The notes under the pieces: model-generated
Seen by the model: only the letters and a program-made list of their open reading frames with translations
Told to the model about the DNA's origin: nothing
Database searches by the model: none
Part shown: positions 11,095-24,629 of the stretch, one piece after another
Numbering within the stretch: the first letter of the stretch is position 1
Layout: each line of letters starts with the position of its first letter
Made by a program: the position numbers and the translations under genes
Assembly (NCBI GenBank): GCA_026026165.1
Contig: JAPEUD010000050.1
Location: 124,001 to 188,000 of the forward strand
Direction: 5' to 3'
From: Sarea resinae
Taxonomy: Eukaryota
DNA: 64,000 nt

Positions 11095-14000
11095 TTTGGG
11101 GGGGGTGCTTCAGGTGCGTGTTCGTCGCCTGATCCAGGAGACCTCAAAGTCGAGCAAATCTCAGCCGGATTGACTGACGAATATAAAGCAAAGTTGCCTT
11201 TCCTCACCACCAATATCAAGATTGAGAGAGTGGAGATTTCAAGTCGCGTCTGATAGAGACGGATAGGCGCAGATGTGTATCCCTCGTTAAACGATCATTC
11301 CTGGCATGTATTCCCGTAGCTTGAAAAGGCCGTAATATGGTCCGCGCAAGGCGATAGCAGTAGTAATTGACTTTGGACGAAGCAAAGACCACGCAATGAA
11401 GGAGGTGTATTCGCGTTGCGCTCGAGCAGGTTGCCACGATATTGGTGAATGGGGTTTAGTCGTCTGCGAGGTGTTCCTGGAGAGCTAGTCAGCCACTTCG
11501 CTCTCAAAAGACACATTGTTATGTTTTGGGGGACCAAGAATGAGACATGACAGAGGGGAGAGCTCGGGAATGCGCCCAAGTCAATCGCTGGACACGGGTA
11601 GGGGCATACCAAAGGAACCCGACGCACTATCTCGTGAAGCTCGGATCGAGACCTGGACCCTTCGGATTCGGCGACTCACAGCTCTGTTTTTCTCCAAAGG
11701 TCCATGCAATCAGACGTGCTTGAGGTCCGTCCCACTGGACACGCTCCTCTTATGTGGGTCAAAAAGAATTGATCTTGCAATCTCGTTCGTAGCAACGACG
11801 GATAGATGCAGGCCAATTCGAGCGTCCGAGCCGATTCAAGCAGCGATGCAGGGTCGACGGGTAGCGGCGACTGCGCGTACCCCGCGATTTGACAGTTTCT
11901 GACGAGTCCCAAAGGATAGTGCTGTCAAAGCAAGGAATGGACAGTGTACAGAGTAAGGTCCGAATATGCGTGAGCCAAGTGCCGACAGTCGAGAAGACAA
12001 CACTCAACGGCCAAGTAAGGGCGGTACCTGCCAAGCCGAAGAAAGGAAAGCGACGGTGGGCGATATCAACGCCGTCCAAGGAGCAAAATCAGACGATGGA
12101 AGTGAGATCCGGACTCAATCTGGAGTACTGTTCCTGTCGTGATGTCGAGGGTGAAAGATATCGAGTCGTGGAATTCGTAGGATCGAGTAGATGAGGATGT
12201 CAGTGGCAGTGGCGGCGGAGGAAATGGAGGAAGGGTCAATGACGCGACGCTGAGGCAGAGGTCCAGCAATAATACAATATTATTACCTGATGCTTATGGC
12301 GGGAGGAATAGATAAGTGAAAAGAAATTCGATAAATAATAGGCCCGGGTCAGTCTAGCACAACGGCCACGGGCGCCGAGAGAATTAATGTTTAAGATACA
12401 GTACTAGGTCGCCAGCAATTATTATGCCCGCAGCTAGATCTCTGTTCCCCAGAGAATTATCGACTAGCATACATGTATCTCATGCCCATGCTGGTCCTAT
12501 CCCCGTGCGGTCTGACTGGATGGCACCACGACCATGGCCCAAGCCTGATACGGTCATCCAGAGCGTTGAACGGCGCGGAGACGGTCCCTGGCCGTGGTGA
12601 CAGCGATGCGCAGGCGTGGGTGGGATGTTGTGCTAGGAAAACCATATGTAGAGCCATAAAGCCATGCACGCACGAGAATCACCAACTGCTCCAGTAGGGC
12701 TTCTCATGCTAGAGAAGGGGAGGGGAGGGGGCCGGGGGGGAGGCAGGGTGGCGGTCCCCAAATGATGAGCTTGGCCAGGAGGACTCCGTAGAGTGCTCTA
12801 GTGTTGTACTGAGGGCTACAGTGATCAAGAACCGGTTAGCATCTCCTACCCATCGCGGAACTAAAACGACCAGCATCGTCTCTCGAGGGCGCAGGAGGCG
12901 TCTTGAGACCGTTTGTCCGGGCCGGTAGGCGGTGGATTAGCATTAAACCCCTTTCTCTCCTGGCCCTGGAAGGAGGAGCCTGATGGTTCTGACGGTGCCA
13001 TCACAGTGCATTAGGGCCTTCATGGGGTGGGGGGGAGACTACGTAGTAGGCAGTGCCGTGAAGGGGGCTTTTGATGGCCTCACGGTGTCGCGTTTGAAGT
13101 GCTCCGGAGTAGGAGTACTCGTGGGCGTGGGCATGGGCATGGGGTAGAGTAGGGCCGCCTACCTACCTAAGGTACCTAGACAGATATCAGTTAGATGCTT
13201 CTTTGTTCCTGGCCTACTCCGTATGAAGTACTCGAGTACAAAGTTACTTCGTACAGACCTAGCTCCGGTAGGGTGAGCTAATAAGCAGCAGAGATGCGGT
13301 GCGGATGCAGGGAGAATCGTACTCTGCTGTGCACTGCAATAATAAGGCAATAACGTTGACGATAATGCTATTCATACCGGAGTATCATACATGATAAAAC
13401 CGGGAGGAATAGTACTACTGGCCCTGTGGAATATAGATGATCGATCCTGTAATCCGCCGAATACTTGCACCACTATGCCATCAGATGAATGATGCATCTC
13501 CCGCTCCATACGGTAGGTACTCACAGGCACTCATGGTACACCAGCATACCATACACAGTCAGGTACGAAGTAGAAGCACAACTGAGGAGTACTGCCTTGA
13601 GTGGTTGGAGTACGACGATACGAGTATTCCCTACATCACGTACCTAGTGTCCTCGGAGTAGTACCTTGAACCCATCATTGGTACTCGGGTACGAGCAAAT
13701 GGCTCGACCCATTCACCACTTCTAGCCTCTTCTACTACCTACCTTACCTTAGGTATGTAAACAAGAGTCCGCCGTCAAAAGTCAATCTCATGCGCATCGC
13801 TGCCGCATCTATCATGGTCTCTCCGACAAGAGGGTAGACGATACGTACTCCGAGTACTCGACGATTGCCATCGATTCCCAAATAGCGGGCCAATATCCTA
13901 GTCGAGACTGAGAGCGGCACCGACGACCACATAGCTCAGGCACCGAACCAAGCATCGGGAATCGCCCTGCTGGTATGCGTCTCTGCCTTACTTACCTAAG

Positions 14001-17000
14001 AGTAAGGGGATCCAACCTGACTTTGGCTCCAAGAGGAGCTATCAAGTACCTCGGACCTTCAACCGACCTACTCATAGTACTCGTATGTAGAACACATCCT
14101 AGTCCTGGAACCCTTCCTCCTCCCTGGAGCGATACTACTGTGTACGTAGTGGGCAGAGGGCACGTTCTGGGCTTGTCGTCTCTATCGACCCGTAAATGAA
14201 GAACCCGTCCCCAGGGACCAATGCCGGCACTGTTCACTGGGGCTTGTACTATGTACTGTCAGTAGACTAGAAGTAGGGTATCTGGCCTATTCGCCTTCGG
14301 CAAGTCAGCTAAGAACAAGGTGTTTCTGGTAAGGTCCAGAAACTCACCCCCTCCTTGTTCTGGCCCCTAGACCCTGTTCGCCGGAGGGTGTCTCTGACTG
14401 GCCTCGATCTCCGGGTAAAGGTCCACATACTCCGTAGTACGTCGAGTGCGTCTGATCGACGATTAATATAAATTGAATTCGAATTATTATTACGAGTTGA
14501 GAGAATCATTCGTTATCTTTGTGCTACCCGACGCACAGAGCTCGAGAGCACAGACATTGCGTCCACCACATACTTGCCACGAGCGTTTTCGGTAGTTGCC
14601 CGCATACCGGCCGTCCGAATTCTTGAAGGTGCTGATGCAGACAGTCGTGATCGAATCGTGCGTGCATTGGCCAGCTCAAGCTCTTTCGGTCGAAATGACT
14701 GCTGCAGAGCTGGTGTCTTCTCTGCCGCTGCCACTTCTGTTGCACAACCATGGCCACGAGGCGAGCAAACATGTCTGGTCCTCATACCACGCTTCAGACG
14801 AAACGTCAAAGGCGTGCTGGTGGCCTTGACAGTGCAGGCAGCTCAATCGAAGCAGGGCCCTCGGGCGACCTGACAGACAGCCTGCCTCGCCGCCTCAAGC
14901 CTAGCGAGCGGTTGGCGCTTCCTGAAGCGTGATGAAGTGTGCATCCTGTGCCTCAAACGGGAATACTGCATCGCGTCGTGGTTAGGGTCAACACTAGGAC
15001 CAATAAGGGAGGTCGGTAGCTGTGCTGCCCTTGTCAACAGACGGCTCATCCCGGGCCGCCCGCTGATTCTTCAGAGATGCCCTTGAGGGCTCAGCTTTCA
15101 ATACTCGCGTTGATCTACTCCGTACCGCGACGAGTACTTCAGTACCTTCCTACGGAGTATGTATTCATACTACATAGTACGTAAAAGGCTCAAGTAAAAT
15201 GAGTACTCCGAAGGCCCCCAGCACTCCGGGATTTGATCATCTACAATCCCACATGCCGACGCCTCAATCGAACAAATGAACGGCACATGGACGGCTCACC
15301 CTGTCCCTTTCCTGGGACTGTTGTTCGCGGGTGGAGCTTTACCGATTCAGGTACGGTCGGGGAGCGGCACGAGTACCGCGTGCGGGAGGAAGGATTCTGA
15401 CAGTTCCGCCTCTCCAATCAAACCGTTCACATCTCTCGTCGCTTCTCCTTCTTCCCGTGGATGGCAGGGCAGATGCGGCGAGAACCAAGCTTGTGCTGTT
15501 CCTCGGTTCCTTGGTCTCTGAGTTCCCCACGTATCTCTTGTCTGCGTCGTGTTCCAACCAAACATTCGGACCTTGAGGCATTCGTTTGCGTAGAGTTGAG
15601 AAACGCTTATCAATTATTGTTTTCGAGTGTTCGCGATTCCATTTGCCTAGTCTTTGTGTGGAAGTACAGAGTTCAAAGACCAAGGGTTCATGTGGTGCCG
15701 TATCGTGTGCTCTCCCGCTTCATCGTGCAGCGTGCATGTGCATAGTGCGCTTGCATGCAGCTCACCTCAACTCTATCCTTCTGCGCTCATAAATTGCTCA
15801 TGTACTGTGCGTGAGGGTCTGCGTTGGGTCTGCATTGGGTCTGCGCTCCTTCACACACACAGGCGCATGATCTTCTGGTCAGCGGAACAAACTTGGCAAT
15901 AATCTTCTGCGAATTGATTTCCAATAGCTTCAAGTCTCAGCCATCTCGCTTTTCTAAGACCGAATATCTCTGTACCACAAAAGTTCAATAGTCAGCCAGT
16001 CTCACCTTGATAAGAAAATCGATTCTCAGATATATTAGATTACAGCTTGGCATCGTACCCCAATCAAGAAACCCACAATTCGCCAGATCCCGTGAGGCGT
16101 CCAGTATGGACGATTTTGCTCTCTTCCTTTCCCTCTTTTGCCTCATTCATGTCATACTATGTACATTGATGAGTCAGGTAAGTGGCGGAAGAATAAGTGG
16201 CGAAATTCGGATTGCGGTTGCAGATTGCTCCTGCCAATACTCTAAGTACATCGACACGGCTCTACTCTACCCAATTGATGGTGGCGTTGGCTTGCATGGC
16301 TTCGCTGGTGCCCCCCCCTACCTACTATGGGTAGGAAGCCATCATAAGACCGAGTGCGAAGGCGTATGGTATGGTTCGAGACTTCCTGTACTTACCTACT
16401 CCGGAGTACGCATCACTACTCGGAGTATTTCGTATAAAGTTGAGATACCAAGTAAGACCGCCGTCTTACATCTAAATCGGATGTCGCAGTACTTCTGTTG
16501 CGGGGACCCTTAACGTACGGAGCACTCCATACCTCCAGCTCTCCAGCTGCTACTGCCAGGCACGCTGTCGCCTAAGGTAGGTACCTTTTAACGCGCATCT
16601 GGGGCACAACCAGCGGCACAGCCAACGGCACAACCAACAAGAACCACAGTGGGATGCAAGAAATTCTCGTAGTCGAGTCCAAGTGCGCTCTTCTCTTGAC
16701 GTAAGAAGCTTTTTCCGTCCAGCTGAGGGTTCTGCGTGCCAGCCCGTGCTTATGCATTTTCTGGATGCGTTCATCGTGCGATCCTTTAGGGACGTGCGCT
16801 TCAGGAAAGTCTGCCGTCAAAACCGTGCCCCTATTCGCTGACCGCCTTACCCTGCGGAGGAAAGTGACAACCCAGGTAATGATGTGCATTTGCTCCCTCA
16901 CAGTCCAAGACTTTGATGGAGACACCTGCGATCAAACAACTGCATCACACATAAGTTCGACATGACGAAAGATCGACGGGCGAATGTTATCTCGGTTGGA

Positions 17001-20000
17001 TTTGTTCGATCCTTGGGTTGCCGGACCATTCTGCGTTCTCTGGCTTGTTATCGTGCTCAGGAACATGCTTCGATATGCATGGTCCGTGCTCACGCTCCTG
17101 ACAGCTCCTCTACTTCAGTACTCGTAACTATCAGGCTTGGCCTAACACTATGTACTGGAACGGTTATTTGCACGTTACCTAGTTGGGAGGAAGGCCGCGT
17201 TGGCCAAGAGGAGACCCCTGGAGTAGGTAACTTGATCAAGTGAGTGGGACCCTTTGTTTAGGCGGGCTTGGGTCGGCTAAGGTACTTACCTTAAGGTCCT
17301 TGGCGGCCATCTCATCGCCCCACTACCTAGGTACCTACCCTAGGCACCCACGGTCCCTGGTAGTCCAGGTACCCTCTGTTCTTGTTCTGCTCCAGGTCTG
17401 AAGAATGCCCTGAGAGTCGTTGTGCACCGTGAACCCTGATTGCATCATCTCCCGGCCTCCGTACCTGTGTCACGCCATGAAGGCCTGAACGCTGCTCGCT
17501 GTCGCTCTGCCAAACATCGATATCGAGCTTCAGATATCGCACATACTCCGGAGTACAGATCAAGCTCCAGATAAACGTCGGTTGAGCGCGATCAGGAAAC
17601 CTCGTGGGGTATTCTACCACTACTGCACCTTTTCGGGTCCCTCGTTCCAGACTCCACAGTACTCCAGAGAGCATCCGTGACCGCAGGTTACCGCATTGGA
17701 CCTCCTCCGAACCACAGCCCCGAAGATGAGACTAGAAGATGCTCTTTTCGCGGATCTGAGTCCCAATTTTCTTGCCCAGAACATGCAGCAATGATGCTCT
17801 ACGGAGTACTTCCAGTGATGCTGAAAATGATTTGCAAACACAGGGATAAGGACACATGATCCATCTTCATCCGAGCATCTGTAGTTCTGAACCCATCCGC
17901 CCAAGGCTATGGTCATGGGCGCAGGACCAGCGATCATTCGTGATGATCGTAAGGATGTGAGGATAAATGGATAGTCTTCGAGACCATTCTGTCCTCTGGG
18001 CGGTAAACCTCGTCTCGGCGCGGTCAATCCAGCAGGTGTATCTCTCGGCGTTCCCTGACATGCTCGAAACACACCCTACTTCACCTTTTCTGAGCTTACT
18101 GACTATTCATTTCAGAGCAGAATGCTGCCTCCCAGTCGGGTCCATCTTCATTTGCTGCCCTCCTACAGCGTTGTCGATCCGGTGCTGGTTCGTACGCCAT
18201 TATTGAGCAAGAGTCGTGGCTCATTACTATCGTCGGGGCCCACGAACTAAACCATCCGACGATGAGCTAAGCTAGAGCGGTCTAGAGGAGACTACAAGGA
18301 GCGTTACCTAAATCTGTTTCTTGTCCGTGACGATCTTTGGGTCCGCGCTAGGAACATCATGGTCCCAGTTACCAGCGTGTCGGCCTAGACAGCAGACCGT
18401 CGCCGGAGTGATGGTGCTGGCTTCCGCCTCAAACAATGGATGAGCCTGAGTGTCGCAGCGTGAGCCGATTTCTCCGAGTCAAAGCCCGACTCTATCCCAC
18501 AGTCCGTTCTCTACACAGCTATGTCACCTAGCACAAGTCAGCCGTGGGGGGAGGGATTCCAGACGATCGTGTTATCAATAATCAGTATCGTTATCCATCT
18601 GCCTTCGGCGCTGCTCGAAAGGCTATATCGCTATTGAAGCTGTTATCATTGTAGCACGAAGCACGACATACCTGAGCTCGTCTGAGGGTGATAGCTAGGC
18701 CAAAGCACCAAGCTTTCCATCCCTTTTCCAAGGCATCCTCCACGATGGCGTCGTCTCGCTGCTCATCTGCCGACGACCAGAACGACGCTGACTCCCATTT
18801 CGTAATCAATGCCCTATTGTTTTCCGTTTCGTGATCGGAAGCAAGGCTGCCGGGTCTCGGATCATCCTCTGAAGCTATTATCCTCAAGTCTACCTAGGGT
18901 GTATGTACCACTACCGTGCAGTCGACCCCGATTGATTAAATACACGTGAGCTTCGTACTCTGTTTGAAACAGCCAGCAGCCACCACCAACGGCAAAGTCG
19001 CAGCCATGGCATCCATCCATCCATCCATCATCGTCTTCCAGGATCCTCTCATCAAACCGTTGGAGATTCTTTAGATACCGATGAATGGTATGATGTCGGC
19101 AACGGTTTTTCCGGATAGATGGCTACTTTACCGACCTCATATAATATCTTTCAATCTAGATTCATGTGTATTCTTCTACTGTGCGGAAAGTCAGACCACT
19201 CACATATTTGTATGATTAGATCATTGATCATTGATCGAATAATAATCTGCCTCCTGTTCTGTTTCATACGTATAGTCAATCAACGTTCTTCTTCTTGGCT
19301 CGTACGCCGCGTGATATGATGATATGATGGCTAGAACGTGAATTCGCCTCCTCGTAGATGCTCGAGTTGATTATAAAAATCCCCCAAAGAAATTTGAGAG
19401 CTTGTGACCGAGGATATCTTGCCTGCAAAATCCCGGTCGAATTATGCCTCGTCGTAGGCGCACAGCTTCCAGATGACATTGTTGGAAACCCCTCTTACAG
19501 ACTTGAGCCAGCCAGCCCTTTTCCTTTTCCTTTTTTTTTCGGGCTTTATTCGTCCCTTAACTTTCTCCCTTCTTGTTTTTCCCCGGTCGAAGCCAAGAGG
19601 ATTAGAGTGCTATTATTTCGACATACTACTGCTGTTTACTGTTGGACAGGGAGTAATAACAGGTATTTGAGTTTTTTGATACGCTTGAATCAAGGCTGAA
19701 GAATGATCATCTCTCTTTGCATTTACTAGTCTTTCTTTATTCAAGTGACGAATAAAGTATAAAATAAATTGGAGGGTTTTTTCTATCACTCACGACGGAT
19801 GAGAGAAGCACGTCTTCGTAATGAAACCTTCTTGTTTGTTGATTGGAGGTGCTTGACGAGTTTATTCACCTTATCTTACTGTTCCTGATAAATGTGTAGA
19901 AAAGGCAAAATAAACACGGCTAAACCGCAGATGACGAACGCGTATGGGTTTGAGGTGCTTTCGATCTCTGCAATGGAAGGAATGGAAGCCAACGGGGTCC

Positions 20001-20532
20001 CCCCGGCTTATGGTCATGGCCACCGGGACTCTGCCGCAATTTTGAAGGTTTTGGCTGCTGTTTTGCTTTGTGGAGAAGAAGGGTGTGGCAGCGGCGGGCA
20101 CGGTGATACTGGCTGAGCGTGGAAGTAGTGGGGTAGCTTCATCGGTAGAGATGGAGTGGTAGGGCGGCTGGCTGCTTTCTGTAAACTTGCGATGCGTCGA
20201 TTCGACTGAGAATTGTTTGGCTCTTGGCTCACGGGCAGGGCCTTGAGTTAGTGCGCACTGAGTCTAGATGTCTCTGAATAAGGTATCGTTATCAAGACTT
20301 CATAGCATTCGCTCCTAGACAACAAGTTTGCGCTAGAGAGTATGTGCAGGAAATAACAGATACACAGAGAACACTGATGAGAAAGCATCATGCTTCATGT
20401 TTTCAAGAGCTCGCCCCGAACATACGCCTTCGAAACCGATATTGATACAGAAAGCAGCCGAAGAGCCCGATATACCTATGGCAACGTTGATATCAAGACC
20501 GCAGATCGGGTGACGGCCACCTCTTCTTCTGA

Positions 20533-23500
20533 TCACGACAGATCCATGCCGCCCTCGTCCAGACCCATGAAGCCCAGATTCTCGAGATCCTGGTCGGCGG
20601 CACCCAAGACATCATCGATATCTCCGCCACCAGCTCCGCTCAGATCCATTGATTGTGCGTTGCCGGTGTCAGCGAGACCGATGTTGTGTATCATGTTCTC
20701 CGAAGACGATTGAGACAGTGACACCTGTGCCTCGACGCGTCGGTGGAGACGCACGACTATTTCAGCCCGGATGGTGTCAGAGTCGAACATCTTCTCCGCC
20801 TCGTTGTATTCGAGCTTCAAGGCGTCAATGAGGCTTAATCGACTTGGAGGAGTAGCACGACCAGCCATGCTGTCCGGAAGACCTTGATTGGATGGCGCTT
20901 GCGTTGAGATCGTGACCCAAGTGGCGCTCAAAAGCGTAGACGCAATGTCCAATGCTAGATCTCCGCTTCCATTTTCGGCCTGCAGCTTCAGCTCCTCTAT
21001 GATTGCCCGTAGGACCGCTGGGGCACCGAATATATTAACACCGGCAAGAAATTGCCGATGGGTATAATTAGGTGGGGTCATGTTGATTTCAGCCGTGGAA
21101 CTCCACAGCACCAGTGACTGCAACACGTTACGTATGCTGGTCAACAAGCCCCCGCCAGGCGTTGATGTCCACTGCTCTAACTCGTTGTGATGACTATCAA
21201 TCGTACGTCGAAAGGAGGAATGATGCTTGAGCGCATCCAAAATGGGGTCAATTTCCTGTCGGGATGGCTCTAGACGCCCAAATGCACGGAGTGAGTGTTC
21301 CAATGGTCTCCCAACGATGGAGAGAATGGTGCTGTGCATAGCCTGCGCTTCTCCGGAAATGGATTTTGGACGGATCAGAGTCTGCAGGATGCTCATGAGG
21401 ATATTGGCGTCTCCAAGACCTTCCCACAAACGATGGGATAACCAAGTCAGTGCTCCAATCAAAGATGGTAGTAGAAAAGTTTCCAAGAGATCTGTCAATT
21501 ATTAGTTGATTCAAAGAGGACAGGAGCGGATGGGCGCTGACATTCTAGCCCGCCTTTCAATGTCTCCATATCTAGAACATTGGCTTTACAAGCCGTCACA
21601 CTCTGCTCGAAGAGAGTAGGAACTAAGAGGTAGAAATCCTGTGGGCGGCAAGAAGACATCAATTCATCGCCAATGCCTTCGGCTTCGAAAAGACCACGAA
21701 TCCAGCCCCCAAGATGCTTATCCTGATCACTCTGGAGATCCTCGAGTGGCTGATTTGTGGATCCCTTTTCGAGTAGACGGGAAATAAAGGAATCGCCAGC
21801 AGCGATACCAAGTTCAGCAGAAGAGAGCCCGTAGCGATGCACGAAAGCAAGGACTAATAGGAAAATGCATCCAAACTCGTCATAAACTGGTTGATATTCA
21901 CCTGGTACGAGATTAGCTATGGAAATATGACAGTGCGTCTAAAGCAATACCTTGATCCTCGTCGAATCTCCAATTATCTAATAGCTGACAAACAGGCTGT
22001 AGAAGATTTGCAGGGGTATTGAATAATAACATGATATCCAAAGATTGCGGTCTCCTGCTCAAGGAACTACAGATAGACTTTAAAGACATGGTCTCCTTGG
22101 TCAAACAGAGGTTATGAATAACCTAATATGGCCATCAGCTTTTAGAATCAGGGTATTCGAGCAGTGTGGGCTTATACCTCCGTGATAGCTGCAACGATTG
22201 CCCCAGCATTACCGTCCATGCTTTCGATTTCTCCAAGCAGCTCTTCGACCCTCTCGGGACTCGAAGTGCACTGACCGACGAGGTCCTCTTTGACATATCG
22301 CCCACCAGCTGGTAAAGTTTGCATTGGGATCTCACCTAAAAGCCGCTCGATACTTTCTTCAGGTATCAGCTGATGTAAAGCACAAGCAAACAGAAACTCC
22401 TGCCGCACGTCAGAGAGCATTCCGCCACCACTTAGCGGGTCGAACATCTGCGAGAATGAAGGAAAAGCGTTGGGATCTATTCGACCGAGGGCTTGCGTGA
22501 TGCAGAACTCGGCGGTGAGTGGGGGAAACATTGATCCAGACAGCGTGGTCAACAGAATGGGTATCTTGTTCACGAGGAAGGACCGGAGAAGAAACATGGT
22601 TTGAACTGGCTCGTTTCGATACATCGCGTTTGAAAGAACATCAAACGATGCAATAATCAGGTCTACCGTGAGATTTGATATGTCTCCCTAAGTAAACTAA
22701 TCAGAAGACAACAATTAACGAGGGTCGAGTATTTCATACTTTGTAACGTTGGTGAAGGTAATGTAAGAGAGTGACATCTTCAACGAGTGGCTTCCCTACT
22801 AGCTGCTACGATCAGATCGAGATTCCTCGTATGGAATTTCTTAAACATACTAGTGTATTGAGAAGTATGTAGAGACCGGCTCTTGAAAGTATTACAGGCC
22901 CGTCCAGAACACTGTCAACACCCTGTATGTGCAAGCCGTCGACGACGATATTGCCATCCAACGCCTTGTCTGAATTGCCATCGACAAGGCCATACTGTTT
23001 CCGCAACGTTTCAAGTCGATTGGCTATTGGTAGCGACGACTGTGATAGAATAGGGGTGAACAATGCCAACGAATGCGCAAAGGCCTGCCGAATGCCTAAA
23101 ATGTTATAAGCTATGACCCCACTCAGATTCGATCAATCGAAAGGCGTCCAGCGAGTATCATCCATGACAACAAAGCCTTTCGTGAAGAGACGAATATATG
23201 GGCGCTATCCTCGAAAGGATTACTCGTGGCAGAAATCGCATGCGGATTCTGTTGCACGTACCTTTTGGGCTTGCGCTGGGTGAACTACTAAGTATGTTCA
23301 CCATTCTCATATTCTCAGCAACAGCAAGAACTAGAGTGCCCAGGGCGCCGCTGAGAGCGACTGTCTCCGGCTCGAGGTGTTTCGCTGTCCCGTCAATGTC
23401 CTGCACTATCTCGTCTCTCGCGCTCGCTGCCACCATGGCAGACATCCATTGGGATACAGCGTTCAGGACGGCCCATGCCTCTCGATCGCCCTTGGGCTTC

Positions 23501-23898
23501 TGACCCGTGGTGAAGAGCTTCCCAACCCGGTATAGCAGAAGCTCCTCTAGCTCCGAGCAATTATACAGCTTTGGTGAGTTGTCGCTGCCATCAGCCGCTG
23601 AAGTCGTCGAGTCATTGGAACAATGTAGGCGAGATGTCTTGAGCAGCGAAAGGAGGATCTCGACGACGCCGATTCGGTCTAAAGCCAATAGCCGTTCTGC
23701 GTATGAGAATACCAATGGATCGAAGCTCAAGGCATTTGCGGTTCTGGGCCGGAGGAGGAGTGACGCCAATTGAGATCCAGTGACAGGGTGCTTGTCATAG
23801 AAAACCACAAAGAATGATTCAAACTTTTCGACGGGGATGCGGGAGAGCAGACATCTGTCAATGAAATGGGTCCAATCATGCCCCGGAAGTGAAGCCAT
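20533..23898 (-). CDS. MED5: Mediator of RNA polymerase II transcription subunit 5 (Med5/Nut1)
   Basis: Seven exons: 23898-23262, 23095-22851, 22805(or 22802)-22740, 22687-22178, 22122-21951, 21901-21542, 21491-20533, all with GT..AG introns. Motifs [78 protein letters not shown]. Confidence 0.88.
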
Positions 23899-24629
23899 TA
23901 CAGTGGAGGCCCCAGCTCGAGGTTCATAGCAATTGCACCTGTTGATGAGCAGACGAGCGCGCGACCCAGGCTGAGATCAGAGCTGGTTTGTCATCAGAAT
24001 CCGAGAATCCGGTGAGATACCTGCGGTCATATAATTCATGACTGCTGTGGTCTCGGGATACGAGGTTTAGTCTTGATCGCAGTCACGAACGCGGGCGCTC
24101 CCATATCGTGGGTCGAAGTGAGTAGGTGAGGTGCTGACTAAGCGACCGAGAAGGCGCGCATAAGGTATCAATTGATCCAGATATCGATCCCTTCGAACCA
24201 CCGTCTTTCTCCAACATTACCACATCGATGCATGCCCTGCGCTGCATTGTGAGTCATGCTCCGTGCTGGTCCTATGTGTGCTTCCTCCTTGGAGGATGGT
24301 CCTAGAGGTAGTCAAGCTTCATATCTCTAGCACTTGTTGAAAGGGCTCGACAATGGACCAAAACTTACCCTGGTGGTTATATCAAACCACGTCCTAGCAG
24401 TTGCGAATTGCCCCAGCAAGGTACAAGGTCTTTCATAGGAAGCTCTGGAAACAATAACGTATATTAGAAGGATCCAATAGTCGGCCATGTCAAAGACTTT
24501 TTCTTTTGGAAGTATTTGGAGTATCAAGTATCAAGCTCCTCGTTGACGCTCAACGGCACCTAGATGTGATATGGTTCAAGGACTAAGTTGACTTTCAACC
24601 ACCATACTATCGAAGCAGCAGGCCCAAAT

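Noticed and set aside
16370..16390. GGTTCGA T-loop-like words (also near 28865 and 44753) as tRNA genes
   Set aside because: No flanking T-stem, acceptor stem or A-box.
16007..16513. 168-aa ORF in the gene-free region
   Set aside because: No family motifs, and it contains the non-coding palindromic motifs.
23096..23261. Longer (166-nt) MED5 intron as a snoRNA host or stwintron
   Set aside because: Only a weak C-box-like word and one CTGA, with no terminal stem and no nested splice signals I could support.
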